A stretch of DNA of 64,000 bases from Sarea resinae (taxonomy: Eukaryota), in assembly GCA_026026165.1 (NCBI GenBank), contig JAPEUD010000007.1, positions 496,001-560,000 on the forward strand, given 5' to 3'. The notes under the pieces were generated by a model. That model was not told the origin of the DNA. It was given only the letters and a program-made list of their open reading frames with translations, and did no database searches. This document shows positions 13,108-25,901 of this stretch, in pieces (the first letter of the stretch is position 1; the number at the start of each line of letters is the position of its first letter). The translations under genes and the position numbers were made by a program.

Positions 13108-16100
13108 TCAATACCGCAGTTTCCCAACCAGCGAAAAGGTATACGCAGTCTCCGCCTCCGATTTCATCTACCAGAACCACACATTAGCTTTCTCCTCGCT
13201 TCACACATGGGGAAGATCGCGCGAAGAAAAGGAAAATACACACCTGGATCATATAAACCCTCGCTTTCGTACCACCAACCCCACCCTTGGCGCCAATCAT
13301 GCCCACCTCCCCGTTGGGACCCATACTCTCCTCCCACGCACTCAACGCGATGCCCGTCCGCGCCACCCGCTCGAAACAGCTCTCGCCAAGGCAAACATCC
13401 AAGAGACATTCGCCCTTCGTCTTGCCGTGGATGAGGATGCGTTTCTCGTTCCCGGAATAGCCATGTTGCTTGTAACCAGGCGAACCCGGCACGGCACCGC
13501 CGGGAGGGGGACGTGTAATCGTGAGACGGGCAGATCCCATATCGCGCCATTTGGAGGCGCTCTCGCGCTGATAGAGACGGATCTTGGTGTTGGAGAGACC
13601 GCCAATGGCGTTGCCGTTGTTGGCTACGGTGGCCGTTGGATCGCCTGGTGGAAGTGGAGTCGAGGAGCCAGAGGAAGACGAATAGATGCTGTCAGTATTG
13701 TTGCTTCCACCTTGTCTGGAGCTGATGGTCGACTTCGCGACGTTGAACAGCCGGCCACCGTTGCCAAAACGTCTGAGAGCCGAGAAGGCTGATGTAAAAC
13801 TGCCGACGCTGCTCTCGGTGGCGGCTATACTGGAAGCGCGCCCGCTCGAAGCTCGATAGCTGCTTCTGCCTGCACCTGCGCCCCCGCTACCAAAGTGCCA
13901 CCAGCTGCTACGGGTGCTGTTGCGGCGGTCCATGGAAGAGGCAAACCCTTCGTTATAGGGACCGCGCGCATTCTGAAGGGCGATGTATGTTGGATTATTG
14001 ATGCGGGCATGGTTGATCATGGCGTACAAGGCTTCGCATTCTTCGGGGCTGCGTGAGCGGAACATGATGTTGTTCCCACATTGGATCTTTGAATTTGCAG
14101 TTGGGGGTGAGCGGATAGAGATATCTAATGCCGTGCCGCGACGTAGTTGGACCAAGGGCGTGAGTTCGAGAGCTACAAGCGGCTGCTCGCTTTCGTGGAC
14201 AGGGGTTGAAATACTACCGCTGCCGTTATCTGAGCCTGACGTACGTGGACGGGAATGTGCGGCGCTCATTTCGAATGCTTCGATCAAACCGGGCGTAACA
14301 AGAATGCTACATTCATCAGGATGCAAACTTTCCCACATGCCTTTCTCGGACCAGGAGAATATTGATGCAATGGTCTTTGTGCCCTTGGATGGTTGCTGCG
14401 GAACCGTTTTGTACGGGGTTTGGGAGGCTGATTGTGAGGGAGACAGAGTGGCGTTTCCACCTGGCAAACTATACATAGAGCCCTGCGGTGAGACTTTTGC
14501 GAATCTATGAAGTGCGCCCATCGGCAAAAGTGGAGTAGGAGCATCTCCATCCTCAAGCTCCTCCTCTCCAGAAGATTCGGATGATTCTCCTTCACCATCA
14601 GATATCGAAACTTCACTCTCGGACGATGTATACTCTGATGCCGAAGATGGTTCATATTCGTGCTTAAGCGGGGAAGATGAACGTCGACGAGGCTTGTTTT
14701 GCACGGTTGGCGAGCCTAGATCGGGTGTTTTCGTACCTTTCAACTGGACTGGACTTGGAGAACGGTGGGGAGGTGGGGGTGGAGGTGGTGGCTCTTCTTC
14801 AGCTGCTGGCATAGACTCTTTGCCAGACAAATCTGGTCGTTTCTTCTGCAACTTCGAAGGAGTTCTTTCTTCGCTCAGAGGAGCTACTAGTGTTTGACTT
14901 TGTGCTTCTGTCTCCGAAGCCAGAGGCGTCGATCCTGTATTGGAGCTCTTTCGTATCTTAGGTATAACAGGCAGCTCCATGGATGGAACTGACGATGGGG
15001 CGCGATGGATTTTCGGCCGGCTACTTTCAGAGTGAGTCTCTGCGGCTGATTTGCGGCTAGTTGGAAGACTCTCTGGGGACACTTCTCGCTGCTCAGACCC
15101 TCGTCGAGCCAAGTCAGAGCCATTGATACCATCTGAAATCGTACCAATAACCGACGATGCGAGGATGCTGTCAATATCGCTGTGTCTTTCTCGATACATG
15201 TAATCGTCTAGTTGGGTCTGTTGTTGCTGGCCATGCTCAATGTATCTAGATGAGAGAGATGATTTCGTTGGCGAGACATCATCGAGATGCCTCGATTGCC
15301 GCTTGGCTTTCATTCGTCTGAGGCCTGAACCCGAGCTTTGCTCAGCCGATGATACGTGTATGCTTGGCCCAGCTGAGGACGTTGGCGACTCGATGAATTC
15401 TCCTTGAGTACTAGACATCTCAAAACGCCTTTCCGGCCGCTTGGTAGGCGTAGCGATCACGGTGTCGGATCGGCTCAAAGAAGTCGAAATTGATGCATCC
15501 TTTGGCTTCTTCTGTAGCCTCGACCTTTCTGAAGACGGAGGAGATACTGATGACACTGTGCGCCTACTGACATCAGATCCATCCTTTGGCGTCTCAGCAC
15601 CCCATTGTTTGGAAGCTTCGTTGGCCTGCTCTCCAATAGGTATCATAACGTCCCTAGGACTTGGGGTCCTACTCTTTGTCGGTGTCGAAGTTGGTGTCGA
15701 CGTGCCTGCAGGCTGAGGGCTAGACGGGGCTGATTTCCTCCTTGGATGCTCATGTTTGCTGATGAAGCTTTGCATTCGAGTGATCTCGGGAGGAATAGGG
15801 GTAAGACCAATCATCTGCACCCATTCGAAACCAGCTTGTTCATCATCTGACCTTAGCACGAAAAGCTCTTTCCACTCCTCGCCACGGCTATGAATCCCTC
15901 GAATCATTAGTATAATCTCGCCCTGTGTGTCCCCATTACGGGCAGAGACTCGGCCAAGTGATATGGGCGGGAAAAGCAACCAGCGGCCAGTACCGTCGAC
16001 TTCACAAACCAATAAGTCTCCACTCGATCCTCTCTCAGGAGGATCGTCTCGTAAAAGCAGTTCTACACGGCAATCTACTCTCTGGCCACTAGAGTGTTGG

Positions 16101-18777
16101 AGTTCCATATTGAAATAATCTCGAGCCCGCACTCGACGCGCACGATCTATGCTGACACCTGTCAAAGGGGCAAGAGTCCGTGGCTCACGAGCTCGAGTAG
16201 GATCAATATTATTTGCCGCCTGATCTTCCAGCCGAGCTCGCTCCTCGTTGGATCGTCGTCTGGCCTCTGTCACTAGGTTTTGATATTTTGTAGCAAGAGT
16301 CTCAGCTGCTGGAGAATGTTGGATATAGTTGATGCCCTAGAACTCGTTAGCTACCGTTCCTTCTCTGCCATTTGGATTAAGCAAACCTTCAATGTTTTAG
16401 CGAGGTATTTTAATCGAACGAGTGGTCTCTTAAGCAGAAACGCAACATCGACCCTCTCACCATCTCCGTTGACCACATCTCCATCTTCATTCATTGGCAG
16501 ACCTCCGTACAAGCTCTCCTCTTCTGCACTTCGGGCTTTTGATTCCGACTTACCACTGCCTTCTGCTGCGGGCGCCAGGTTGACCACCACGTCCTGAAAC
16601 CCCATTCTCCATGCCTTTAGATATTCAGTATATACCTTCTGTGCGCCCTGTGCCCACGTAAGGATCGCATTGGGATCTTCTAGGGGAATGCGTCTATGAA
16701 GAGCTTTGAGCCGCTCTAGGGCTATCCCCATGTCGACTATAGGCCGTGTGAAATTGGGATCAGTCGCAACTCCAAGATTTGGATCGAAAAGGCCCGCAGC
16801 CACCGCAGAGTCTGATTTCGACAGTACGCAGGTGAGTAATACTGGGATAACACCATCGACCAACGTGCGTAGCTCGCGCATATATTTAGTCTCATCCGTA
16901 GCAAGCTCGTGCATAATGTCACCAATTGTCGCCGTCGCGAGTCGGCTTCTAGTGGTTCGAACGCTGCGTGCAGATTTTATGCTGTTGTTTCCTGCTTTTG
17001 GCAGAGAAAGTACAGAGATAAGATCAGCGTGAGTTGTCAACCGACGCTTAAGGCCTCTGTCTTTGCCCTGCGGCATGGGCATTGAGTCGGGATCAAAATA
17101 GTCCCGAGCTTCCATTTCAGAGACGTCGTCGGAGTTGTTTGGCCGAGCAGTCACCTGGGATCCTTCACATTCCGATGCAGGTGTGGTAGAAGCAGCCATG
17201 GTGTTGAGTGTATCGACAGACGCAATGGTAGACAGACGATGAGCACCTGTCGAAGGAAATGGTCGTCTTGGGGGTACGTTTAGAGGTAGCGACTGTGTTC
17301 TAGACCCGGACGTCTCTAATGGGCTAGGAATTGATAGCTCTGAAGCTGGCGGTGTGAGCTCTTCCGTGGAGTCTTTTGGACGTGACTTGCGTTTTCGTCT
17401 GACAGGAGAACTTGAATCACGCTTTGCACCTCTTCTCTTCAACGATGTTGGTGAAAGAGCAGGAACGTCTTCCAGTATGACGGGCAATTCAACGGCCTTT
17501 TCAGGGGTCTCTACCTCTGGAGCCTTTAGCTCAGGAGCCTGTACCTCAGGACCCGGAGGGTCTTCGGGTTGGTTGTCTTCCAATGCGGGACGAGCTTCAG
17601 AATCACTTGGATTGCGTTTTCGTCTTTGTCGTCTTCGAACGCTGTCGTCTTGTGCACCCTTATCGCCAGACTCTCTTGTCTTTGGACTACCATTATGGTC
17701 ATGAAATTCTGTGACTTCGGCAAATGATCCCTTCCTCTCCTTAATTTTTGCCTTCAAGGGCGCAACAGACTCTTTCGAATTAGGCTTCGCATCGATGAAA
17801 GGATCAGGTGTATCACAGAGCCATGCTTCAATGCGATTGCTGGTTATGGGAGGTGCTAAAGGTGGATTAGACTGTGAACTCTCTCGCTCCTCTCCGTGTG
17901 ATATGTCCTTTACTGAAGTGATCTTAGGCGTTTGAGACTCAAAACTTCCCTTTCCATTAGAATTTGGCGGCACTGGCGTTCCTGGCGATTTCTCCGGTGT
18001 TTTCTCCTTTCGTCGACTTGCGCTTCTTCCTTGAGACTCCTGGACTTCCAAGCGACTGGGCTTTGGACTTGATCCTGACGCCTTATCTGAAGCGTGATGC
18101 TCATTCTTGACAGGCGATAGAGGAGACGTTCGTGAACTGGGCCTGTCTTCATCACTCCGCCCACCACTGACACTACCAGAGCTTTTCCCTGTATCTCGTT
18201 GATCACGAACGGGCTTCAGATGGTCGTCGCGCTTCGGCGATGGGGTACTGTAAACTCGTATTCCATCGTTATTCGGGATTTCCTTCGAACCTTTCGGTGT
18301 GTCTTCCTCCTTTCGTTGCCGCCTCTGCCTTCTTCGTTCCGCACCCTCTCGCATTGGTCGGACACGAATTCCATCATCCTGTAACGTGGTTCGTTGTGAA
18401 GCTGTTTGCGACCTTATCGCAGAAGAAGTGTCGCTTACAGGAGGCGAACGCTGCTTTCTCCAATGTCCATCGCTCACTATTCTCTTCCTAGGTGCGCTGA
18501 TAGATCTAGAACCTTTCCTCTCCTCCTCTTCCATTTTGCTCTTCCGCCTCCCACTGCGCCTCTTCGCCGCGATATCTTTGCCATCTTCTCTTGGCTTCTC
18601 CGAATCCGCGGCCCTTCTGACACGTTCCTTCGGTTTTGCAGTCGCCTGTGGACGAGCTTCATGTTCATGCGGTGCCGGAAGATCCTCGGCCGTGATGACA
18701 ACACCAACTTGTTCCTGCCATTGACGAACTCGATCGCGAACGGTATTCGTGTCGTAAGGCCCGAGGGGGGTGCCCAT
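13108..18777 (-). CDS. Large protein (~1847 aa) with a disordered N-terminus, a divergent DH (RhoGEF)-like domain and PH-like domains
   Basis: ELATDETKYMRELRTLVDGVIP and LLKRPLVRLKYL resemble DH conserved regions 1 and 3. Introns 16386-16337 and 13243-13168; last exon MKSEAETAYTFSLVGKLRY. Start codon uncertain. Confidence 0.75.
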
Positions 18778-20257
18778 ATCTTCGCCCGTGTAGTCCGTGT
18801 AGCCCGCGCACTCGAGCTTTCTAGATCACTCGTTATGACCGTGCTGCAGCGGAGTATGTAGACTAAGAATATGCGACATCAGTCGGTCGTTCAGACAGAA
18901 TGGCCATCAATGGGTGCGGATTCGATCCGATAACGCCGTCAGTCGAAGGGGGTTGCCTCGTCCGCAGATGTGCCGTGTGGAGGTTTGCGTGTTTACGAAC
19001 CTGCGATCAGGCGTCCATCCAGCAGAAGCGCCTCGCAAACCTTCACGCCCGAGTTGAAGAGACGTGTTGGACAAATGACTTCGAGAAGCTGAGGATTTAC
19101 TTGGCAGAGAGTGAGCGATGGATTTGGCGGTGATGCTGGGAGTCTTCGCAGGGTATCGACCAGTCAGGTGTGTTATCGCTGTGAGCTGTCCTGGCAACCT
19201 GCCCTCACCTGCAATGGCCCGCGTAGTACCTCCGCCAGATTAGTCTAACGCTGCTAATGCTGCACGGCGATCATCATCAACCAACGAGATGGGAACATTT
19301 GATTCTCGTGCTGGTGGCCTTGGGAACTCAGTCAGCAGCCTGACGTTGAGCGGTATAATAAGATTTTGCCTATGAATGAATCCTCCAATGTTGATTCTGA
19401 TGTTTGGGCATGTCAGAACGGTCAGGGTGTGTTTATTTTGATCACCAAAGAAAAGGAAGCTAAAAAGGTCGAAGGTACGGTATCGTCGTACTCCAAATGC
19501 TCGTACTATGTACCGCACTTGGACGACTAAGGCAATCGGGCAGCGAGATCCACCAACTTGGTGGAGACTCCCGAGTCGTCTTCCACCTTCTTTTAGCCAT
19601 GTCCTCAGCCATTCACTCTTCTAGATCACGGCCCCTAAGAAATGATTGGAAAAGGGCACATTTCCCATAGTACGAGTGGACCATATTCGTACTCTGTCCT
19701 GCTTTCGATGCTCACATTTCTCATCTCACGGGTGAAAGGGGGGCAGACTATCAGAAGTACGGAGTACTCTTACTTGTCTCAAAGATAGATACAAATAGAT
19801 TGTTGTGGCGGTGAGGCGACAAGGATAATACTACGGCCAAGGGCATTCAACAATCAATCTGCCATCACGGAGAGGCCAGGCTCAACACCACAAGGGCCGG
19901 GTCGCTCGGTCGCAAACCTGATTTTCTCCCAGGGCAGTCAGCATTGTAACAGGAATTCCCCCGCGCTATCTGTCATGCACACAAAGCAATTCATGATGTC
20001 TATATACAATCGTTTATCCCTGCAATCCAAGACAGATCGCATTGTGCAGGGATCCCGAAGCCAGATTACATTCGATGCACCCAGGCATTCAGTCTGATCT
20101 ATCGCGATATCCATCTCCGTCTTGCGATCCACCCCAGCTGTCTGCTATGCTCCGACTCAATGCCGCCGACGATGCGACGAGGATTCTAGCTGTCTAAATA
20201 TGATTCGGCCATTTTGCATTCCGATACCGTCTGGCATCCTTCACAGGGGCATGCGTT

Positions 20258-21207
20258 CTATATATTTTTCTTCGCGCCGCCGTTGCTCTGCAGGCGAGTC
20301 GACATCTTGTCCAGGGCGCGGAAAGCTCTCGCGCTGGTGGTTACACTGCTATAGAGGAGGGCTAGATTTCTCAGATATCAGCACGACGTCCTAAGCTAGG
20401 TTCCAGCTGCACTCACCTCCAGGAATCGCAATCCAGAAAATGTTCATTAGGAAGTAATACCCCCAGAAGTAGTATGCTTCCGGACGGCAGTATGACAGGC
20501 CACTGTAATAATGATCGAACATGCTGGTCGAATAGTAGAGAATGTCGCCATATATCTGACCTAGAGAAACGATGGCCTGGATAGGGTGTCTCAATGGATG
20601 TTGGGTCGTGATGAGTCCGGCAAGAATGAAGGACAGAGGTCCCCATAAGGCCTGAATACCCGGCATTAGTGGAAGGCATAATAGATATAGAGTCATGGAA
20701 GACGTACAGCCGTGATCGTTTCCATGCAAAGCACGAATGGATCCGACGTAAGATAACGAGAGTCGGAGAGGGAGTATTCTTTCCACAGCTGGCCGAAAAG
20801 ATCCTGAGAACTGCCCATACGTGTATGGTTGACGACGAAGTAACCTTAGATCGTCAATCACTTCCCCTCGTGCAAGAGCTTTTAATCATTGAACCTACCT
20901 TCAAAGCAGAGGTGAATAAATCCGCCTGGTCATGCTCGTCAGTAATGGCTTCAATTGAGTCCGTCGATTGATACTCACAGAGAACAAACCAGAGAATGGC
21001 CAACTTCTCCTTGGCAGGAAGCCCCGGGTGTACTTTGCGAACAATCAACAGCGTCAAGGCGAACACAAGGCCACAGCCTCCGCCGAACAGAGAGAGCAGA
21101 AGCGGGACTGGCCATTCGTTGGCCAGATATCCCACGATCTCGACCTCGACGGGGTAATAGGGATGAGTGGAGGCTGGCACCTGGGAGACATTCATGATGG
21201 AGTCCAT
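20258..21207 (-). CDS. EBP/EXPERA-family sterol delta8-delta7 isomerase-like protein
   Basis: HPYYP, WFVLCGFIHLCFEGYF, LWKEYSLSDSRYL, METITA, GQIYGDILYY, MNIFWIAIP and C-terminal KKNI ER-retrieval signal. Introns 20978-20926, 20898-20845, 20707-20652 and 20416-20362. Confidence 0.9.
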
Positions 21208-22108
21208 AATGACAGTCAATGGCGGTCGGTGACTTGTGGGCTACAGTCGCAAGCCAGCGCACACGCCAGGAGAAGTTTGATTTGAAGAATGTAGAGCGAT
21301 AGACTACCTACTACTCAACGAGATTCGAGATTAGGAAAACCACGCGAGTCTGGCGGGTACCAGGGGAAAGTACGAAATACATGTCCGGGAGGAAAGCAGC
21401 ACGGGCCATCCATCTACTGCTATCGGTTGATTCGCACTCTGATTCGCATCACCGTAACCATCCGATTGGATCAATCATGGATGTGTTGAGGCAAGATCTA
21501 AGATCATGGATGCGCAGCTCCATCGCTTTGGTCTCTCTTGATGTATGGGATGGAAGAAAATGCCTATTTGACTGAATGCGACTCGAGGGCGTATATCCAT
21601 TGATTGCAATTGCAACAGGGGAAGCCCGTGGTAAGGAAGGTTCGAGGGTTCGAACAAGGACCCTACTGGTAGGTAAGTGAAAGGCTCGAGGGACTTCCTA
21701 ATCTGAGGGTAGAGTAGCTTGGAGCGACCAGGAAATCATCCATGTTTCGAACCCATCCAAGAAACCACGGATTTGTTGACATCCATCGGGCAGTCAAGGT
21801 TTCCTTGTACCAAGTACTCCAGAAACTATCACCAGTCACTCTATCATCAGTAAAAAGAGGCATACGGATGGGCCAAGGGGCACGATATCTCACCTCGAGC
21901 AGCCGGTAGGGAGTCGTGAATGCCTTACTTCGTACTGGTACTTCCGGCTCCCTCGGGCTGCTCTAGTTCAGCCACATCACCACACGGCCACACAGTCTCT
22001 TGGACGCTCAGCCCGCCATCCACTAGCACCGAAGTACCTCTACCTTGTACAGCCGCCGAAGAAGCGAAAGGAACATGTCGTCACGATAGAATCAGCATCT
22101 CAGTGAAT

Positions 22109-22215
22109 AGAAGTTGCTAGTACCTGCCAGCACCTGCGGGCACCTGCGGGCATTTGCTGGCATCGTCTGGCTTGTCTTCTAACAGGTTGTCTACGAGAAT
22201 CCACGAGCATCCACG
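22109..22215 (+). promoter_or_regulatory. Degenerate heat-shock element arrays upstream of HSP104
   Basis: 13 contiguous alternating pentamers at 22109-22173 and 5 more at 22191-22215 keep the nGxxn/nxxCn register. TATA-like TATAA at 22245. Confidence 0.55.
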
Positions 22216-22472
22216 ATCCTTTGGGAACCCCACCACTGGTCAAATATAAGTCTCTTCTCCGTCGTCACACACCTACGATTGAATTCTCAACATACAAATC
22301 ACTAAATAATCACATCAATTGTCTGAATTGACTCACATCTTCAATTCATGCGACTTGGTCGCTACCATTAGACAAACGATAAACAGACCTACCTACCTAC
22401 CTACCTACCCACCTACTTTTCATAACAATATCACGTTCATTCTATTCCTCACTACGAACTTGAATATTCACG

Positions 22473-25268
22473 ATGGCGTCGTCCGGAGTGCAATATACAG
22501 ATCGGGCACAGAAATCCCTCGCTGACGCCCATGAACTGGCGGTTCAATACGCCCACTCACAACTTCTTCCGATCCATCTGGCCGTCTCCCTCCTCGATCC
22601 TCCAGTGGACGAATCCAAGGACCAGCAAACCAAAGTCCATGCTACCCACGCTCAATCATCAGCACCTCTCTTCCGACAAGTTGTTGAGCGTGCTCATGGC
22701 GACCCGCAACTCCTCGATCGTGCGCTGAAGAAGGCTTTAGTTCGCCTCCCGAGCCAAGACCCACCGCCAGAGTCGGTGTCACTATCACCTCAATTCGCAA
22801 AGGTGCTACGAGCTGCTGGTGAACTCCAGAAGACTCAAAAGGACAGCTTTGTGGCGGTAGATCATTTGATCACCGCTTTAGCACAAGATTCGACGGTGCA
22901 ACGAGCATTGTCTGATTCGAACATCCCCAATACGAAGCTGATCGACACCGCCATCCAGCAAATTCGTGGCACGAAGCGGGTGGACTCAAAAACGGCCGAT
23001 GCGGAGGAGGAGAACGAGAACCTCAAGAAGTTTACCATCGACATGACATCTATGGCAAGAGAGGGAAAGATAGACCCTGTGATTGGTCGAGAGGAAGAGA
23101 TAAGGCGGGTCATTCGAATCCTATCTCGACGAACAAAGAACAACCCGGTTCTCATCGGTGAGCCGGGTGTCGGAAAGACGACGGTGGTGGAAGGAATCGC
23201 CCTTCGAATCGTCAACTCCGATGTCCCGGCAAATCTTGCAGCTTCCAGGCTGCTGTCTCTGGATGTTGGCTCCCTTGTTGCCGGAAGCAAATATCGCGGA
23301 GAATTTGAAGAACGGATGAAGGGGGTTCTGAAGGAGATCGAGGACTCGAAGGAAACAATCGTCCTCTTCATCGATGAAATCCATCTGTTGATGGGAGCTG
23401 GATCTAGCGGAGAAGGCGGTATGGATGCGGCTAATCTGCTAAAGCCCATGTTGGCACGAGGGCAGCTTCATTGCATCGGCGCCACGACTCTTACTGAATA
23501 TCGAAAATACATCGAAAAGGATCAAGCTTTTGAGCGTAGGTTCCAGCAAGTCCTTGTCAAGGAGCCTTCGATACCAGAAACGATTTCGATCCTGCGAGGC
23601 CTCAAAGAAAAATACGAAGTCCATCACGGTGTCAACATTACCGACGGTGCCATAGTCGCCGCTTCTACTCTTGCGGCGCGGTACTTGACCTCGAGACGTC
23701 TTCCCGATTCTGCAGTCGACCTTATCGATGAAGCTGCCGCCGCTGTACGCGTCAGCCGCGAATCTCAGCCCGAAGCGCTAGATAATATGGAGCGAAAACT
23801 ACGCCAGCTCCAGATTGAAATTCATGCTCTAGAGCGGGAGAAGGATGAAGCCTCAAAGATTCGTCTAAAGGACGCACAAGCCGAGGCGGCCAACATCGAG
23901 GAGGATCTGAAACCCATGAGAGAAAAGTACGAGAGTGAGAAGGAACGCAGCAGGGAAATTCAAGAGGCAAAGATGAAGCTCGACCAACTGAAGGTCAAGC
24001 AAGCCGAAGCCGAGCGAATGAGAGATCTTCAGACAGCTTCTGATCTACAATACTACGCCATTCCCGATGTCGTGCAACGTATTGCCGAATTGGAGGGCGA
24101 GCGGGATCGAGCAAATATGGATGCGTTCAACCGTTCCGGAAATGAGTCTGGAGAGCCGCTGATGGCTGATGCTGTTGGCCCTGACCAGATCAACGAGATC
24201 GTTGCTCGTTGGACCGGCATTCCCGTCACGCGCTTGAAGACGACCGAGAAAGACAAACTCCTGCAGATGGAAAAATATCTTGGCAAAGTTGTTGTCGGTC
24301 AGAAGGAAGCTGTTCAATCAGTCTCTAACGCTATACGCCTCCAAAGATCTGGTCTCAGCAATCCAAACCAACCTCCAAGCTTCCTCTTCTGTGGTCCTTC
24401 TGGTACAGGAAAGACGCTTCTCACCAAAGCTCTTGCTGAATTCCTCTTCGACGATGCGAAGGCCATGATCAGATTTGATATGTCCGAATATCAAGAACGA
24501 CACTCTCTCAGCCGAATGATCGGCGCACCTCCTGGCTACGTCGGGCATGATGCTGGTGGCCAACTCACTGAGTCGCTGCGGCGACGACCTTTCTCCATCC
24601 TGCTATTTGATGAGGTGGAGAAGGCTGCTAAGGAGGTCTTGACCGTCCTTCTTCAACTCATGGATGATGGCCGCATTACGGATGGTCAAGGCAGAATTGT
24701 CGACGCCTCGAACTGTATTGTCGTCATGACCTCCAACCTTGGCGCTGAGTATCTATCGCGGCAAAATGCGGCAGATGGCAAGATCGACCCCACAACAAAG
24801 GAGCTAGTCATGAACGCCCTCCGCAACTATTTCCTTCCCGAATTCCTCAATCGTATCTCCAGCATCGTCATTTTCAACCGTCTCACGAGGCGCGAGATCC
24901 GCAAGATCGTCGACCTCCGCCTAGTCGAAATTCAGAAACGCCTGCTATCCAACGGGCGCAATGTCCTGATAGAGCTCACACCAGAAGCAAAGGACTTCTT
25001 GGGAAGTGCCGGATACTCGCCTGCCTATGGTGCTCGGCCACTTTCTCGCCTTATCGAGAAGGAAGTCTTGAATAGACTGGCTGTACTGCTCCTAAGAGGT
25101 AGCATCCAAGATGGAGAGACAGCCAGGGTAGTCCTCGATGACAATAGGCTCGACGTCATACCTAATCATACCGATAGTGAGATGGAGGATGATGAGGACA
25201 TGGTTGATGAGGAAGATGCGCTGGCTGAGATTGAGGATGGTGATCCGGATATGGAACTCTATGACTAG
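22473..25268 (+). CDS. HSP104: Hsp104/ClpB AAA+ disaggregase, intronless, 931 aa
   Basis: Clp N domain, two Walker A motifs (GEPGVGKT, GPSGTGKT), GSKYRGEFEER, M-domain coiled coil, RFDMSEY, GYVG pore loop, acidic tail. Confidence 0.98.
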   Translation: MASSGVQYTDRAQKSLADAHELAVQYAHSQLLPIHLAVSLLDPPVDESKDQQTKVHATHAQSSAPLFRQVVERAHGDPQLLDRALKKALVRLPSQDPPPESVSLSPQFAKVLRAAGELQKTQKDSFVAVDHLITALAQDSTVQRALSDSNIPNTKLIDTAIQQIRGTKRVDSKTADAEEENENLKKFTIDMTSMAREGKIDPVIGREEEIRRVIRILSRRTKNNPVLIGEPGVGKTTVVEGIALRIVNSDVPANLAASRLLSLDVGSLVAGSKYRGEFEERMKGVLKEIEDSKETIVLFIDEIHLLMGAGSSGEGGMDAANLLKPMLARGQLHCIGATTLTEYRKYIEKDQAFERRFQQVLVKEPSIPETISILRGLKEKYEVHHGVNITDGAIVAASTLAARYLTSRRLPDSAVDLIDEAAAAVRVSRESQPEALDNMERKLRQLQIEIHALEREKDEASKIRLKDAQAEAANIEEDLKPMREKYESEKERSREIQEAKMKLDQLKVKQAEAERMRDLQTASDLQYYAIPDVVQRIAELEGERDRANMDAFNRSGNESGEPLMADAVGPDQINEIVARWTGIPVTRLKTTEKDKLLQMEKYLGKVVVGQKEAVQSVSNAIRLQRSGLSNPNQPPSFLFCGPSGTGKTLLTKALAEFLFDDAKAMIRFDMSEYQERHSLSRMIGAPPGYVGHDAGGQLTESLRRRPFSILLFDEVEKAAKEVLTVLLQLMDDGRITDGQGRIVDASNCIVVMTSNLGAEYLSRQNAADGKIDPTTKELVMNALRNYFLPEFLNRISSIVIFNRLTRREIRKIVDLRLVEIQKRLLSNGRNVLIELTPEAKDFLGSAGYSPAYGARPLSRLIEKEVLNRLAVLLLRGSIQDGETARVVLDDNRLDVIPNHTDSEMEDDEDMVDEEDALAEIEDGDPDMELYD

Positions 25269-25573
25269 ATTGGATGATGACGAGAGCCTAGATGAGTGTT
25301 GAGTTGAAAATAGTCTGGCGCTTTGGTGTATCCATCTGGGTATGGGCTCTTTGAATGAACAAATGGATGGGGCATAATCGTTGTTACTTGTTTGGCGTTT
25401 TATATTTCCTTTTTGGTTGCGTTTTAGCACTATACCATATTTCTTTTAAAAGGACTTCTCAAAGGAGACGAGTTTAAAGATATGTAGATAGATATCTCCA
25501 TTGAAACCATATATCCCGACGAAGTCAGCAATGCTTATCGAATTGCCCTGAAAAAGAATCCCGATATTGAAGT

Positions 25574-25649
25574 AGATAATCGGTGTCTAGTGTTCTAAGC
25601 CTATTCACGTTGACACGGCGGGGCTTCGTAATTGATAAGGCGGGGCTTC
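25574..25649 (+). promoter_or_regulatory. Two GGCGGGGCTTC repeats (CreA-type SYGGRG) flanking a GATA site, plus further HGATAA sites
   Basis: GGCGGGGCTTC at 25617-25627 and 25639-25649; TGATAA at 25633; AGATAA at 25574 and 25797. Confidence 0.45.
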
Positions 25650-25901
25650 CGCTATCGGAACTGCCTCAGCGCGCGTTTATGCTTGGCATGAAATGAGTCA
25701 ATTCCAGCAGGTACCATCCAGTCCCGTAAATTGAATTCATTTCCGCAGAGGAGCAGAAACACTTCCCAGCTACATCTTTCCAGTTTTGATTTGGGAAGAT
25801 AAAGCAATAGGTAGGTTGTGGCTACTAAGCTTGAAGTCAAAGATCTTTCTATATCCAAGACACATTATACCACCAAAAGGTGTACAAACAAACAAATCAC
25901 C

